This document shows, piece by piece, positions 11,801 through 23,700 of a stretch of 64,000 bases of DNA. Below the pieces are notes generated by a model that was given only the letters and a program-made list of their open reading frames with translations, was not told the DNA's origin and did not search any database. Source of the stretch: Macrostomum lignano (lineage: Eukaryota). Where the stretch lies: the NCBI GenBank assembly GCA_002269645.1, contig NIVC01000225.1, forward strand, positions 62,001 to 126,000, given 5' to 3'. Both the position numbers and the translations under genes were made by a program. Positions within the stretch are counted from its first letter, which is position 1. Each line of letters begins with the position of its first letter.

Positions 11801-12361
11801 TTGTGGTGGATGCAGATGGCAAGGGAGTGCAAGTGTGCATTGTGGTGGATGCAGATGGCAAGGGAGTGCAAGTGTGCATTGTGGTGGATGCAGATGGCAA
11901 GGGAGTGCAAGTGTGCATTGTGGTGGATGCAGATGGGAAGGGAGTGCAAGTGTACATTGAGGTGGGTGCAGATGGCAAGGGAGTGCAAGTGTGCATTGTG
12001 GTGGATGCAGATGGCAAGGGAGTGCAAGTGTGCATTGTGGTGGATGCAGATGGGAAGGAATTTCACGCTGAGACATGGTTATATGATTATATGAATAAAT
12101 GGAATTTGTTACAGTTGTGCGCGTAGAGTTCAACGCTGCGAGCGCGTGTTTGCGGCTGTAGAATTAATGAAGCAATTAGCAGCCTCCAGACCTGATGAAG
12201 ATTGCTATGCCTGTCCCGGCCAAGTCCAGACTCAGTAGCCGCCATGTGTCGCGCACCAGCGCCACCTGAACCGGGGTCAGGTGATTTCCAATCTGATCGT
12301 TCAGACATTGCTCGACCGACCGCAGCTGGTGGGGCCTGGTCTTGGAGCAGCCACAGCCCAT
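8893..12361 (-). CDS. Globin, globin-X/neuroglobin-like, with predicted N-terminal acylation, 225 aa; exons 12361-12192, 11245-10933 and 9087-8893
   Basis: N-terminus MGCGCSK; A/B helices LTPVQVALVRDTW..GIAIFIR|LF; distal His in LERHG; proximal His in LGQAH; G/H helices LWPAVSFAL..AW..VFRYIT. Both introns are GT-AG and lie at the conserved globin positions B12.2 and G7.0. Exon lengths 170+313+195 sum to 678 nt, in frame. Confidence 0.9.
9170..9545 (+). mobile_element. tRNA-derived SINE-like element in globin intron 2, antisense to the gene
   Basis: A-box-like CCAGCTCAGCCGTTGG, B-box GGTTCGAATCC at 9231-9241, a ~230-bp body and an (ATT)n-type tail at 9471-9545. Confidence 0.65.
10420..10825. 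repeat. Intronic minisatellite, 62/64-bp unit, ~6 copies
   Basis: CAATAAACT recurs at 10436, 10500, 10562, 10624, 10688, 10752 and 10816. Confidence 0.95.
11546..12057. repeat. Intronic minisatellite, 39-bp unit, ~13 copies
   Basis: GAGTGCAAGTGTGCATTGTGGTGGATGCAGATGGCAAGG repeated inside globin intron 1. Confidence 0.95.
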
Positions 12362-13273
12362 GCTTTCAAAGGCAGCGAGACAGCATAGTCCAAACTCGCA
12401 CCGAGACTTATCGCATCAAGGCTGAATGCACGGCCACAGCTAGCGCTGATCTGATTGGCCAAAGAAGCCAGCCAATAAGAGAAGACGACCGTCTTCCAGT
12501 TCCAGAGGGCACGGATGATCAGCTCTCTCCTGTGTCTTTCCAAGTGATCAAAGTTCGTCTGTGAATATGGGATTATGGGCATTACTAGATCGTTAAGCCT
12601 TCGGGGTCCCAAGCGCCATTCTTGATTGGTTGAAGAATATTGGCTAGAGTTCAGTCATCCAACTTATTTTCCCTTGGAGGTGAAAATTCAGCCAGAATAC
12701 CTTGAGAGACGGATGAAAACAGAATGCCTAAGGAAACCGTGTCCTTTTTCTTTTTCCGGTTTCTTCAAGTAAAAAATGAAAAACGCTAAGCCTAGACTGC
12801 AGTGTTGCATACTGCTAGAAAACAAGATTAGTCCAAGCAGCTGGCATTTATGAATTAATTAAATACGCCATGGCAAGAATATTCATAGTTTCGATTCGAG
12901 CTGGTTAAAGTAAGCCTTTACTTAATTCACAGAGAGAGCCGCAATTCAGTAGTCAACTTTCAACGCACTTTTGACAACGGACCGGCTAGTCACGTGACTT
13001 AGCGCAATAAAAACCGGGCCACTTCAGTAGTGGAAAAATGCTTTGAAAACAAAATTCGACAGCCAGTTTGGGGAGGGAGCAGCCCGGCTGCAGAAAACAA
13101 AATTCGTTGGCAGTGGCGGCAGTGGCGGCGAGGCGGAAAAAAGCGGCAGACTTCCCCTGAAAGCAGATAGAAATACCAATTAAATGATTTTTATGGTTTT
13201 ATGGAGAAAGTTAAATTAATGACGAGTAGAGTCTGTGGCCTGGACCTCGCGACAGACTGAGGACTCGTGGTCC

Positions 13274-15421
13274 TCAATCTCCAAGGACGTTGGCGAAGAG
13301 CGGCTCGCTTTCCACCTTCCTTGACTTGAGCATCTGAGCCCTGGCCATGTCCTTCGCCTTGCTCATCACAACCGCTTGCTCGGCAGCCTCCGCCCACTTG
13401 ATGGAGTGGTCCAGGGCGCTGGTGTAGGTGCCGCCGCGCTCAGGGTACACGTGAGACATCACCGTCTGCGGGATGAGCGAGTTCGATTTAAAGGTGCTTA
13501 ATTTTCAGAGAGCCGTTATAGCTGAAAAGCGAAGAGCTCACCTCCATGCGGTCATTCTTGGGCTCCAGGGTGCCCCACTGCTGGCGCTTCTGCACCGCCT
13601 TCCACGGCGTGGTCTCCACCGGGCGGGTCTTGGTCTTGCGGAACGGCGCCCGCAGCGGAATCTCGCCGTACATCCGCTGGCTGGGGCCGGTGCGCTGGAA
13701 GTTGAAGTACAAATCCGTGTTGTCTGGCGTGGTCTCCTTGAGGAACATGGACACCATGGCCGGGGCGCCGTACGGCTTGCGGTTTTTGTAGGGCGGGAAC
13801 AGCATGCTCATCATCTTGTCGCACTGGTCGATGGCGGAGTAGCTCGGCCCGCGAATGTCCACGATGAGATACTTTAGCCAGCGGTAGCGGCCCATCCGAC
13901 GGTTCAGGATGCGGCGAGTCACCTGGTTATTTGATGATTTGAAACAGTTTTTACATGAAAACTGCAGGTAACAGCGTAGAATTTTGTTATATGAAGTTTT
14001 CCCACCTCGATTTCGCACTTGGTCCGGTTTGCAACGGACCTGAAGCGGCCGGGATCGACTAAGAATGCCTGAATCATCTCGTCCGACAGGAACACGATGT
14101 ACTCCTTGAGGTGCACGTCGGCGAACACGCTCATGCAGCCGATAACCACGCCCTCCTTCTCCAGATGCCCGACTGGTAGCTTTCTACGCGTCTCCCTGGC
14201 TTCGTCATCTTTTCCTGGTCCGCGCAGAACCTCCACCTTCTCGCCATCCAGGTAGCGCTGAAAGTGTCGCTGGGCGTCGTCCATGTCGCCTTCCTCGCCT
14301 TCGCCGCCTTCTTCTTCGTCGTCATCTTCGTCGTCCTCGTCGTCGTCCGCTTCAGCGCGGCGTGGCGAGGCGGCGCCAGGCGGCAGCGATGTTGGCGTTT
14401 CTTCTTCGCTAGGCGAGGCGACCGGGGCAGAGATGGGGGAGGTGGGCTGCGGCGAGGCAGCCCTGGCACCGGCGGACGACGACGGCTGAGCTGCCTCCGA
14501 TGAGGCGGACTGAGCATTCTGTTCGGAGCTGCGGCCAAGGCTGCCTGGGCTGGCGCCGATTCCTTGGCTGGGATCGGACAGTGGATCGCCGCCGCGACTG
14601 CCTCTAACACCGCCAGCATCATCGCCAAGTCCGACCGCTCCACCGCTGGCATCGTCGCTGGGGCCGCCGCCGCCAGCGCTGCCGCCGCTCGCCGGGTCTC
14701 TGCCTCCAGTGGTGTCGCTGAGGCTGCTGGGGCCGGCGCTGCCACCAGCACTGCCGGCTGAGGCATCCGGCGCAGAATCGGGGGCGGCCAAGGCCGCAAT
14801 GCCATCAATGCCACCAGAGGGCGCGCCGATGTCTTCAGAGGCGCCGCTCTGATCTAGAGACTCATACTCAATCGACGCCTGGCCACCCAGTCTGCGAGGC
14901 GGCGAATTAAAAATAGCTTTCATTTTCTCAACTTAACCAGTGACAAACGGCAGAAACAAAGCGTTGTCTTACGCGTTAGACAAGTTGGAGTCGCTGTCCA
15001 TGATGATGTTGATGTTGAGGTCGGCGGTGGCTCCAGTTGGCTGCAGCTCCGTCTCCACCCGAGTATGCTGACCGGTCAGCGACCTGTGCACTTGAACATC
15101 CCGAATCCCCGGCACCGTGTTGCTGTTGTTTCCCGCTCTGATCACCCGCAGCATCTGCTCGTACACCCCGCCGGCCCGCTTGGGCTCATAGCGGTACAGG
15201 CCATGGCTGCAGGACAGGCAGGTGCTCGGGTCGGCGCTGCTTTTGCAGCTGCTGTCGCTGCTGCTGCAGCGGGAGTCGTTGCTGCTGCTTCTCTGGCTGT
15301 CTTTCGATTGCATGTTTTGTCTGGGCAGCAATTGTTGGAAGTCTGTCGGAACTGGCGCTTGCAGTGTAGCTGCGTGAGTGACGAGCTCAATCTGTCTGAG
15401 TGGATTCTGGCTTTCAGCCAT
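13274..15421 (-). CDS. Hypothetical protein, 635 aa, with a Ser/Gly/acidic low-complexity middle and a globular C-terminal region that may be a degenerate KH-like domain; exons 15421-14973, 14891-14006, 13922-13542 and 13465-13274
   Basis: Three short GT-AG introns (81, 83 and 76 nt) with compatible phases (2, 0, 0) join four ORF-track segments into 1908 nt. Codons are GC3-rich. Confidence 0.75.
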
Positions 15422-17348
15422 AGACAAAACTACGAAAAGAGCTTGCCTACCTGCCTTAGCAGGGCTATCAAATGCACCCACTTACATGTCAATCAAATAT
15501 GTTATAGTTTTTTACCACGGCTTAGTGACCTAATTAAGAGTTCTGGCTCTGAGAGATTTTCTCAGGCCGGTTTATTTTATTGAAAAATTTGGCAATAATA
15601 AGGTTACTGGTGATGGGAAGCTTGAAATTGGCAAATGGATAATTAGATACACTACTTGTGAGTAGAGTGTTATGGAATAAGCCAAAAGTCATGTTAGATG
15701 CAAGCTACGAAAACTCTTAGACCCAGGCACTGGGTAGACAAGCCGATAAATATTGTCCAGAACTCTAATGTACATAGAAGGGGTGTGAGCAGTGTACTTC
15801 AACACGAAACTACGAGAGTCAATATAATAGTGCACACTCACACACAACAAGTAGCATACATGTATATGCTGGGCTAATGATGTGTTCTTTGCAAGAACAG
15901 CTGGATTGAAACAAAGTAATTGAAGTAGAGTTTAGTAATTTAGTATATTTACCAAAGCTATATAACATTTACGAAAATTTTAATTAGATTTAATATACCG
16001 TACATAAGCAAAAAATACTACAGGTAATTTTAGTAGTCCTTGCATTTAAGTACATGTATCGACACTCATATGAGTTCTCGGTGCAAGTTTAGAATTGCGC
16101 GCCATCCTCAATTTACGAGTAACGTCGACTTGAAAAAAAGTCACGTGATAACTTGATTTTTCTGACACAAATTGTTGTCACATTAAGCTTTGAGCTTGTG
16201 AATTGTCAATCCGCAACAAACACTGACAGCCAGAGGCAAAAAGGTTACTACTGGAGGGCTGAACTAATGGACTACACACGCTATAACGTTCTTTAACTAT
16301 ATGTGCGTATTTGCTCAGTAGTAGATCGGCATGATTGATCGGAGTCTATATTTCTATAAAATGTAGTGAGAGTAATATATAATGATCAAATTACAACTAA
16401 ATGTAATTTTCCTTTTTCCTTTACAAAGCGCTCACGGCGCCCCCATGGGGTTTGGTCGGTCTTTTTCCGACCTGCATCAACCAGAGGAAGTGGCAGACCG
16501 TTTCTCGGTGGAGAGATATGCGAGGACAGCCATGCAATCAGCAGGTTGAATTGTTTGCCGCAGCCCAGATACAACGCGACGAGTCGTCTAATCATTCAAA
16601 CCGATGCAGTGGCGTGTACATGGCCGCGCTGACGCACCGCTACTGCCTCAGCTGTTAGCAGTTTATCAGGGTGCGGCGCCATGGGGCGAATTGTGATCGC
16701 AGAGAATTATGGGTGCCTGGCTCTACGGTCTACTAAGTTGTCTCTGCTGTGGCTCAACTGTTATCATTTTGGACGATCGAATAATTCAATATGTCTGAAT
16801 TTATGACCTAATTAAGAATAATCATAACTTTGTTCCTAAAAGTAAATCATAGAATACTTTTTGTTTAAGCTCCTATGCATAAATTTTCTTTTAAGGCGGC
16901 GCGATCAAACCCACGTGCAGCACGACTGGCATAAGGCATAGTCTATACTAATCTGCACAGATTACGTGCATGATATTGATAGCTTATTTAAGCTAATAAG
17001 TCGTAAGGCTTAGTATAATATGTAACATTCTGTAGTGAAGTGCTCTATGTCATTCTAACGTTGATTTATCTATTATCAAAATAATAGTACTTCACTGTAA
17101 TTTTATTTATATCCCTTTTATTTTGTTATCAGATTCAGATTTATGTTTTTTATTTCATCAGACATCAGTTGAGTATATAATGGGCCTATATACTAGTCCT
17201 AGTAGCACACAGTTTGCTATATATCTAGCTTTTGGCCTATTTCTTAATTATTTCTTCTTCAATCAAACCACTATTATTATTAAATGCTTAAACAAAGAAA
17301 AAATTTGATATTATAATGCCAATTACTATTTAATACTAGGCGTACAAT

Positions 17349-18557
17349 GGGAGTACGAGATCTGCTAGCAGGAAATCTGCTAGCCAAAGTTTGCTAGCGA
17401 GAAATTTGCTTGCAAGGATTTTGCTAGCCAAAATCTGCTAGCAGGAATTTTGCTAGCAAGGATTTTGCTAGCTGCCTTGTTCTCGTAGCTGTTGCATGTT
17501 ATTTGCTATGTTTTGATTCCGATTTGAGCTGCTTTGATTCGTACGAGTAAATATATAACTTATATACCATATACTGCCACTACCAGCCATTAAGACTGAA
17601 AGTTGTGTGTATAGATAAGTTTAAATTTAACTACCTGAACTACAGCTGCCTGAGCTACCCAAACTACGGCCTTACAGCTGATAATGCTAAAACATTATCA
17701 AATGTCTACGAGTAAAATAGGACAAAAAATATAAATAATTTTGATGATTTCCAAGTGCAGTTTTAGCATATACAGTACTTTAGCATACAGTAACACACAT
17801 GTTGGTGTACAGTATCTATAGCTAGATACATGTATGTCCAAGGTACAATTTACTATAGCTATATGTATTGTTAATGTATAGATATTTTCCATCGCTTATG
17901 GCACTGTGTACAAACAAAAACTCTATGCAGGTGTGGCCCACAAGCTCTTACCCTGTGATCATGGATGTAATATATTTTCTTTATTCAATAGCTTGTATAT
18001 GAACTTTTCAATCCACCTATGTTAAAACCTAAATCTTATTTTCTTTTTGTCTATGACGTCATCTACTGATTGCGTTTTAACACGTACATGTACAAGAACC
18101 CACGGCGAAGGCTAGGCGGCAGATTAAGTTGTCCAGATTGGACAATAAAAAATGTCTCTAGCAAATTACAATTTCATAAATTGCTGTTCGCCGGTTTTGG
18201 TTAGATTATCGCTAGCAGATTTTGGCTAGCAAAATCCTTGCTAGCAAAATTCCTGCTAGCAAACTTTGGCTAGCAGATTTCGGCTAGCAGATTTTGGCTA
18301 GCGGATTTTGGCTAGCAAACTTTGGCTAGCAGATTTCATCTAGCAGATTTCGGCTAGCAGATTTCGGCTAGCAAACTTTGGCTAGCAGATTTCAGCTAGC
18401 ACATTTTGGCTAGCACATTTCAGCTAGCAAACTTCGGCTAGCAGATTTTGGCTAGCACATTTCGGCTAGCAAACTTCGGCTAGAAGATTTTGGCATGCAA
18501 ATTTCTCGCTAGCAAACTTCGGCTAGCAGATTTCCTGCTAGCAAATTTCATAGACCC
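17349..18557. mobile_element. Foldback/MITE-like non-autonomous element (~1.2 kb) with inverted arms built from 14-15-bp GCTAGC-containing repeats
   Basis: Left end GGGAGTACGAGATCTGCTAGCAGGAAATCTGCTAGCCAAAGTTTGCTAGCGAGAAATTTGC. The reverse complement of the right end is GGGTCTATGAAATTTGCTAGCAGGAAATCTGCTAGCCGAAGTTTGCTAGCGAGAAATTTGC. Both flanks carry GCGTAC in 9-bp register, a partial TSD. Confidence 0.75.
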
Positions 18558-18993
18558 GCGTACGGCGTACAAAATATTTATGTTGATGAATTTTAATAAG
18601 CAATATAATCATGTTACTTTTAAGATTGACTTTTGACTATATTAGATATATAAATTGCTTATATTTGTTTCATAGGTTTGAATTCCTTGCTTTGCTTTTA
18701 TTCTTATTATAGTTATTCAAACAAGGCATATAGCAATTTATTTTATAATTTACTTTATTTTTATAATAAGCAATCATTCAAAAAATTGATTTGTTATTTA
18801 TGATAAAGCCATCAAATAATGTATGTTATCCAAATAAATTTAAGCCAAGGTTTAAAATGCATTACTTTTTCTTGCTAGGTTTTTAAAATATTTTGATAAT
18901 GTTAATACTATTTAGTTGATTTTTTAGTGGCAACTGAATATATTAAAAGACATTATTTAATTCATTTTCTTTGCAGGCATTCAAGATTACAAA

Positions 18994-19940
18994 ATGGCTC
19001 ATTCAACATTACTCCAAATTAAACAAAAATTGATTGCTAAAAAAGACACTGAGATCATCAGCCTAGCTTCTATCTCTCAGAGGGCCACTGGGCTAACAAA
19101 TTCAGACTTCAGTCATTACAATAAGCTTGACCAGCCTATTAGCATGCTTAAATTCCTTGGAATTTGTCCATACACTGGCAGCAGTGACAGTCAATGGGAT
19201 GACAGTGACTTAGATCATGATGATAATGCAGAACCACCTTTGAAAAGGCTCTGTCAGCCTGGCTGCATTCAGCTGCCCAATCTAGTCATTGCACCCGTTG
19301 AACCTGAGTGCAGTCTGCCGAACTTGTTGTACTGGCCTCGGTACTATTTCGATAAGGATTTGTCACTGCAGGCTCCATCTGGAGGACTTTCTCAAGCCAA
19401 GACTCGGCCTGAAGAGCAGCCTAGTACGTCATTCTTGCGGTCAGAAGGACCGTCGTTCAAATCCCGATCAGCGGGTCCTTCTCCTTCGAAGCTGCGCTCA
19501 GACAGACTTTCTCCTTCGAAGCCTCGCTCTGCGGGAGCTTCTCCTTCCAAGCCCCAATCAACTGGACTTTGCCAGTTGAATTCCCAAACAGGAGAACTCC
19601 TGTCTGCACGACCAGATCACAGGAATGCTGAAAATATGTGGGGCGCGCTTCAAGACGACAGCAGAGTGATTTAGTAAGTCACGACACGCTTGTTAGCGCG
19701 GATTTCTGTATTGTGCATGTCACCCCCGTTGCCCTTCACGTGTCATCTTTCAGCGCGGCGGACATGGACGAATCGGATGGACCCAGCTTTTTTGCCCGGG
19801 TCGCACGGGAGTCGGGAGCTGTGATGCTCAGGTGTCAGAATCAGGAAGTGGATGACGGGGTCATTCGGCAAGAAGAGTCTGAAGATGATGGAGACCACCT
19901 GGACACTGATGAGGAACTTAGCCAGGACACTGTGAAGTAA
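18994..19940 (+). CDS. Hypothetical protein, ~288 aa, with SPSK repeats and an acidic tail; exons 18994-19673 and 19754-19940 (may extend 5')
   Basis: The 226-codon ORF ends at a perfect GTAAGT donor (19674). The 80-nt intron ends at TTTCAG (19753), and phase 2 joins it to the 19638-19940 ORF frame. An upstream acceptor TTGCAG lies at 18976. Confidence 0.6.
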
Positions 19941-22056
19941 CTAAATAATAGTTTTGTGATATACTCATAGCTCGATTGTGCCACCCATCGACTTTAATTT
20001 AACTTTTATGTGATGCCCCTGCCTTTTATCCTGCGGCACGTCTGTGTGCTTTTAACGTGTAAATTTACAGATCATAAGTATTCTGCATTTAGTGCCCATT
20101 AAGTTTTAATGAAATACACACTTTGTAAGACATGGCATTGCTGTGAGACGCCTTTGTCTGTATCTGTATAAATTAAAATTCTAATTAATTTCAAAATCAG
20201 CAAGGACTATTGATCAGGCTGGGGGTTGTAAGGGGTTGTTGTTAAGCCTAGTTGTTACGAGCGTCGGACTCACGACTGAAAGATGTCTTCTGCTTTAAGC
20301 TGAGCAGTTCCCAGCTTTTTTTAACCCAATCCTTATGAAGCATTAAGTTTCATAAATTAAATGAACATTAATTATTATGGTTCGAAACTTCAGCATTCAA
20401 TCTTCACCGTGAATGCAGCATCAAGCAATTTTGTTGATTAAATTTTGCAGTCTGTTTGATTATGAGTTGCAAGCATGCATGCAGTCCAGGCAAGGCTTCA
20501 CAATTTGTTTTTTGCCATGCAGTTATTGCTTGCGTGCTTTTGGGGTCTGGGGTTGCTCTATACTAAACCAACCACGACACGGCGTATTGTCAAACCAGTG
20601 ATTCCATTAGTATGAGTGCTCTCCACGCCTGGCTTGCTGCTCTCTGGGATTGTGTAGGGAAACTATTGTGTAGTAAAAGCTGCTCTTCCCCTTGGTGGAT
20701 GAGAAAGCCTGGGAGATCTGCTCCACCCACGTTGCCACCCACAAGCAGGCGCTGTGTATATATAGCTACATGCATGGAGGCGGAACCCAGGCCGAACAGT
20801 GAAGTGCCAATTGGTCGAATGGGACTTTGATTGACTTTCAGCAGCTCCTGAATTGTCGCACGCCTATATGCTGTTAATGAAGCGTCGCATAAGGACTATA
20901 GGTATATGCAGCTAGACTGCGAAGTTAAAACACCGTCTTGTACAGGGTTCTGGATCTCAACTCCATTATTTAGTTTAGAGATCTGCATATTCGATATATA
21001 TACATACCAGTAGCTACGAGTATGTTATATAATACAGCACGTGTAGTGCGCCTGAAGAAGACTATATACATGTACACTAATTGGACGTAAAAAATTACGA
21101 AAACCATTTTCTGTGCTATACAAAATCACCTTCACTTGTGCAGAATTGTGGTACTGGAGTCGAAGTCTTACGTGCAATATTAAACAATGCTGTGATTAAA
21201 CGTGTCTATTAGCTCGTACACGGTATTAGGAATGGAAAAATCAAAGCACACATCTCCCTTTTCACCTATCGATATTGATTATTGATACGCTCGGGTCAAA
21301 TTATACTTGTAAGAATAAACGCGGTTGACTTCAAAGTTTGATCGTCTCGCTCACCCACCATACTGAAGGTAAGCAGAGAATACTGAGTGACAGCTGAGAA
21401 TACTCTGACTTGCTGTTCGAACAGCACCGCTGAATTGCGTACATGTACATGTATGGCCCATAAAAGCTATATATAGAGCTATTTTTCAATTCCTGCTTTC
21501 ATTTTACGAAGTGTCATTAGATTACTCATGCAGTGTATGTAATTATTTCAGTAGATATTTGTTAAATTAGCCATTGCATGGTTGCAGCTGTTCTTCCCAA
21601 GATGGCACCTTGCACTAAATTTACTCAGTTTCGGCGAGTGTTTGACTAACCAAGTGGTACATATGTACATTGTACACCCATCCTGATCCCCAAATCGTCA
21701 TTGACACTTGATAGGCACATGCCGCTCGCAGTGCATTTGACAGCACTGCAGTCACCAAATAACATCCGAAATGTCTCACCACCAAAATTAGCTGGTCAGT
21801 TTTGCTCAGGTCAAAATGAGAGTGATCTTAACATATCGGTATATCGATATGATTGATTTAGCGGAATTAATGAATTCATTTTTGAGACATTTTATTGTGC
21901 AGAGAAGAGTGAAGGGAAAGCGTTTTACAAAGCGTTAAGCCATTTCTTTCTGAAAGTAAATAAGTATTCACTCCGAGGTGATATAACGCTGAGGCGCGTA
22001 GCGCCGAGGAGTGTCAGCTCGTTTCTGCCCGATGCGGCCCTGCATCCATATTATAG

Positions 22057-23290
22057 TGTTATAGTTAACGGGCGTGAAACCGCGTAGTGAAACCGCTGAG
22101 ACTGTCTATGGTAAAATCCCATTTGCTTCAATGTATTCAGTCGGTTTCACGGCCCGCTGAGACTGTCTATGGTAAAATCCCATTTACTCCAATGTATTCA
22201 GTCGGTTTCACGGCCCGCTGAGACTGTCTATGGTAAAATCCCATTTACTCTAATGAATTCAGTCGGTTTCACGGCCCGCTGAGACTGTCTATGGTAAAAT
22301 CCCATTTACTCTAATGAATTCAGTCGGTTTCACGGCCCGCTGAGACTGTCTATGGTAAAATCCCATTTACTCCAATGCATTCAGTCGGTTTCACGGCCCG
22401 CTGAGACTGTCTATGGTAAAATCCCATTTACTCCAATGTATTCAGTCGGTTTCACGGCCCGCTGAGACTGTCTATGGTAAAATCCCATTTACTCTAATGA
22501 ATTCAGTCGGTTTCACGGCCCGCTGAGACTGTCTATGGTAAAATCCCATTTACTCTAATGAATTCAGTCGGTTTCACGGCCCGCTGAGACTGTCTATGGT
22601 AAAATCCCATTTACTCCAATGTATTCAGTCGGTTTCACGGCCCGCTGAGACTGTCTATGGTAAAATCCCATTTACTCTAATGAATTCAGTCGGTTTCACG
22701 GCCCGCTGAGACTGTCTATGGTAAAATCCCATTTACTCCAATGTATTCAGTCGGTTTCACGGCCCGCTGAGACTGTCTATGGTAAAATCCCATTTACTCT
22801 AATGAATTCAGTCGGTTTCACGGCCCGCTGAGACTGTCTATGGTAAAATCCCATTTACTCCAATGTATTCAGTCGGTTTCACGGCCCACTGAAAATATCT
22901 ATGGCAAAGTCAGAAGAAAGCGGGGTCAAAGGGAGCGCTGAGCCTCCTTGCGGGGGTGTGGCCGGGCGGAGCCCCCACATTTGCACACCAGCACTCCAGA
23001 GAAAGAAAGAATGAAACCTAAAAAATTGTCTATGGCCAAAACTCCTTATTTTGCGAATTGAAAAATATTAAGTGATACTAAGCACTATAAGCAGCACTAA
23101 GCTTTACTTTCAAAATATACAATTCGTAGAAACTTAGTATTAACTAGATACTTCTATGCATACGAGTTTTTTACTTATTGAAGTCGGTCATAGATTATTG
23201 CCGCGGGCGGGATGCAAGGACGTTATTGCGGTCCTTGGCGGGATGCCGTGCGTTTCACCCCGTTTCAACACGTCTAGGCTAACTATAACA
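22057..23290. mobile_element. Non-autonomous DNA element (MITE/HINE-like) carrying an internal tandem array
   Basis: Terminal TGTTATAGTTA ... TAACTATAACA, followed by imperfect inverted GTGAAAC motifs. An internal hairpin CAAGGAC/GTCCTTG lies at 23215-23237. No TSD was seen. Confidence 0.4.
22096..22888. repeat. Tandem array of 13 x 61-bp units in two sequence variants
   Basis: CTGAGACTGTCTATGG starts every 61 bp from 22096 to 22828. The variants are CTCCAATGTATTC and CTCTAATGAATTC. Confidence 0.97.
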
Positions 23291-23700
23291 AGAAGCTAAA
23301 GTCTGCAAAGCGAACAGGAATGAGAATGCGACAAAGAACAAGCACAGTGCTGACATGGGGACAGCTTACCCTGCTCAGTGCCTGCTACACACGGACACTG
23401 TTCTATGCTCTTACGACAATAATAATCAGGACTACGCTCGTAAGTCATCTTGCTTTAAAGACTGCACAAAGTTAAAAAAATAAAGTTAATGAAATTTCAC
23501 ACCAGGGCTATAGATTTCTTTACTTAAATTGAATACACTTGCTTCTACTCGTACACAGTCCAATTTTCTTGAATGTAGAGATGGGAACTGCATGAGTAGG
23601 GAATGAGCGATTGGTGCGCGTTGTTCGATATAGGATGCGAAGTAGAAAATCAGTAAGAAAAGTTTTGGTTCTAGGATGATGACAGATTACCAAACGCCCG

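Noticed and set aside
11335-12133. Six overlapping repeat ORFs
   Set aside because: They come from a 39-bp (3n) minisatellite inside globin intron 1.
14131-14814. Alternative-frame and antisense ORFs over GC-rich exons (also near 24746-25423, 30483-30803, 32404-32949 and 59769-60206)
   Set aside because: These are shadow ORFs of GC3-rich coding sequence. The exception is the 3' end of 24746-25423, which carries the receptor's TM6.
16366-16658. Three short overlapping ORFs
   Set aside because: No recognisable motif, codon bias or splice support.
22096-22888. Regular array that could be mistaken for CRISPR
   Set aside because: Units are contiguous with no unique spacers, the context is eukaryotic, and there are no cas genes.
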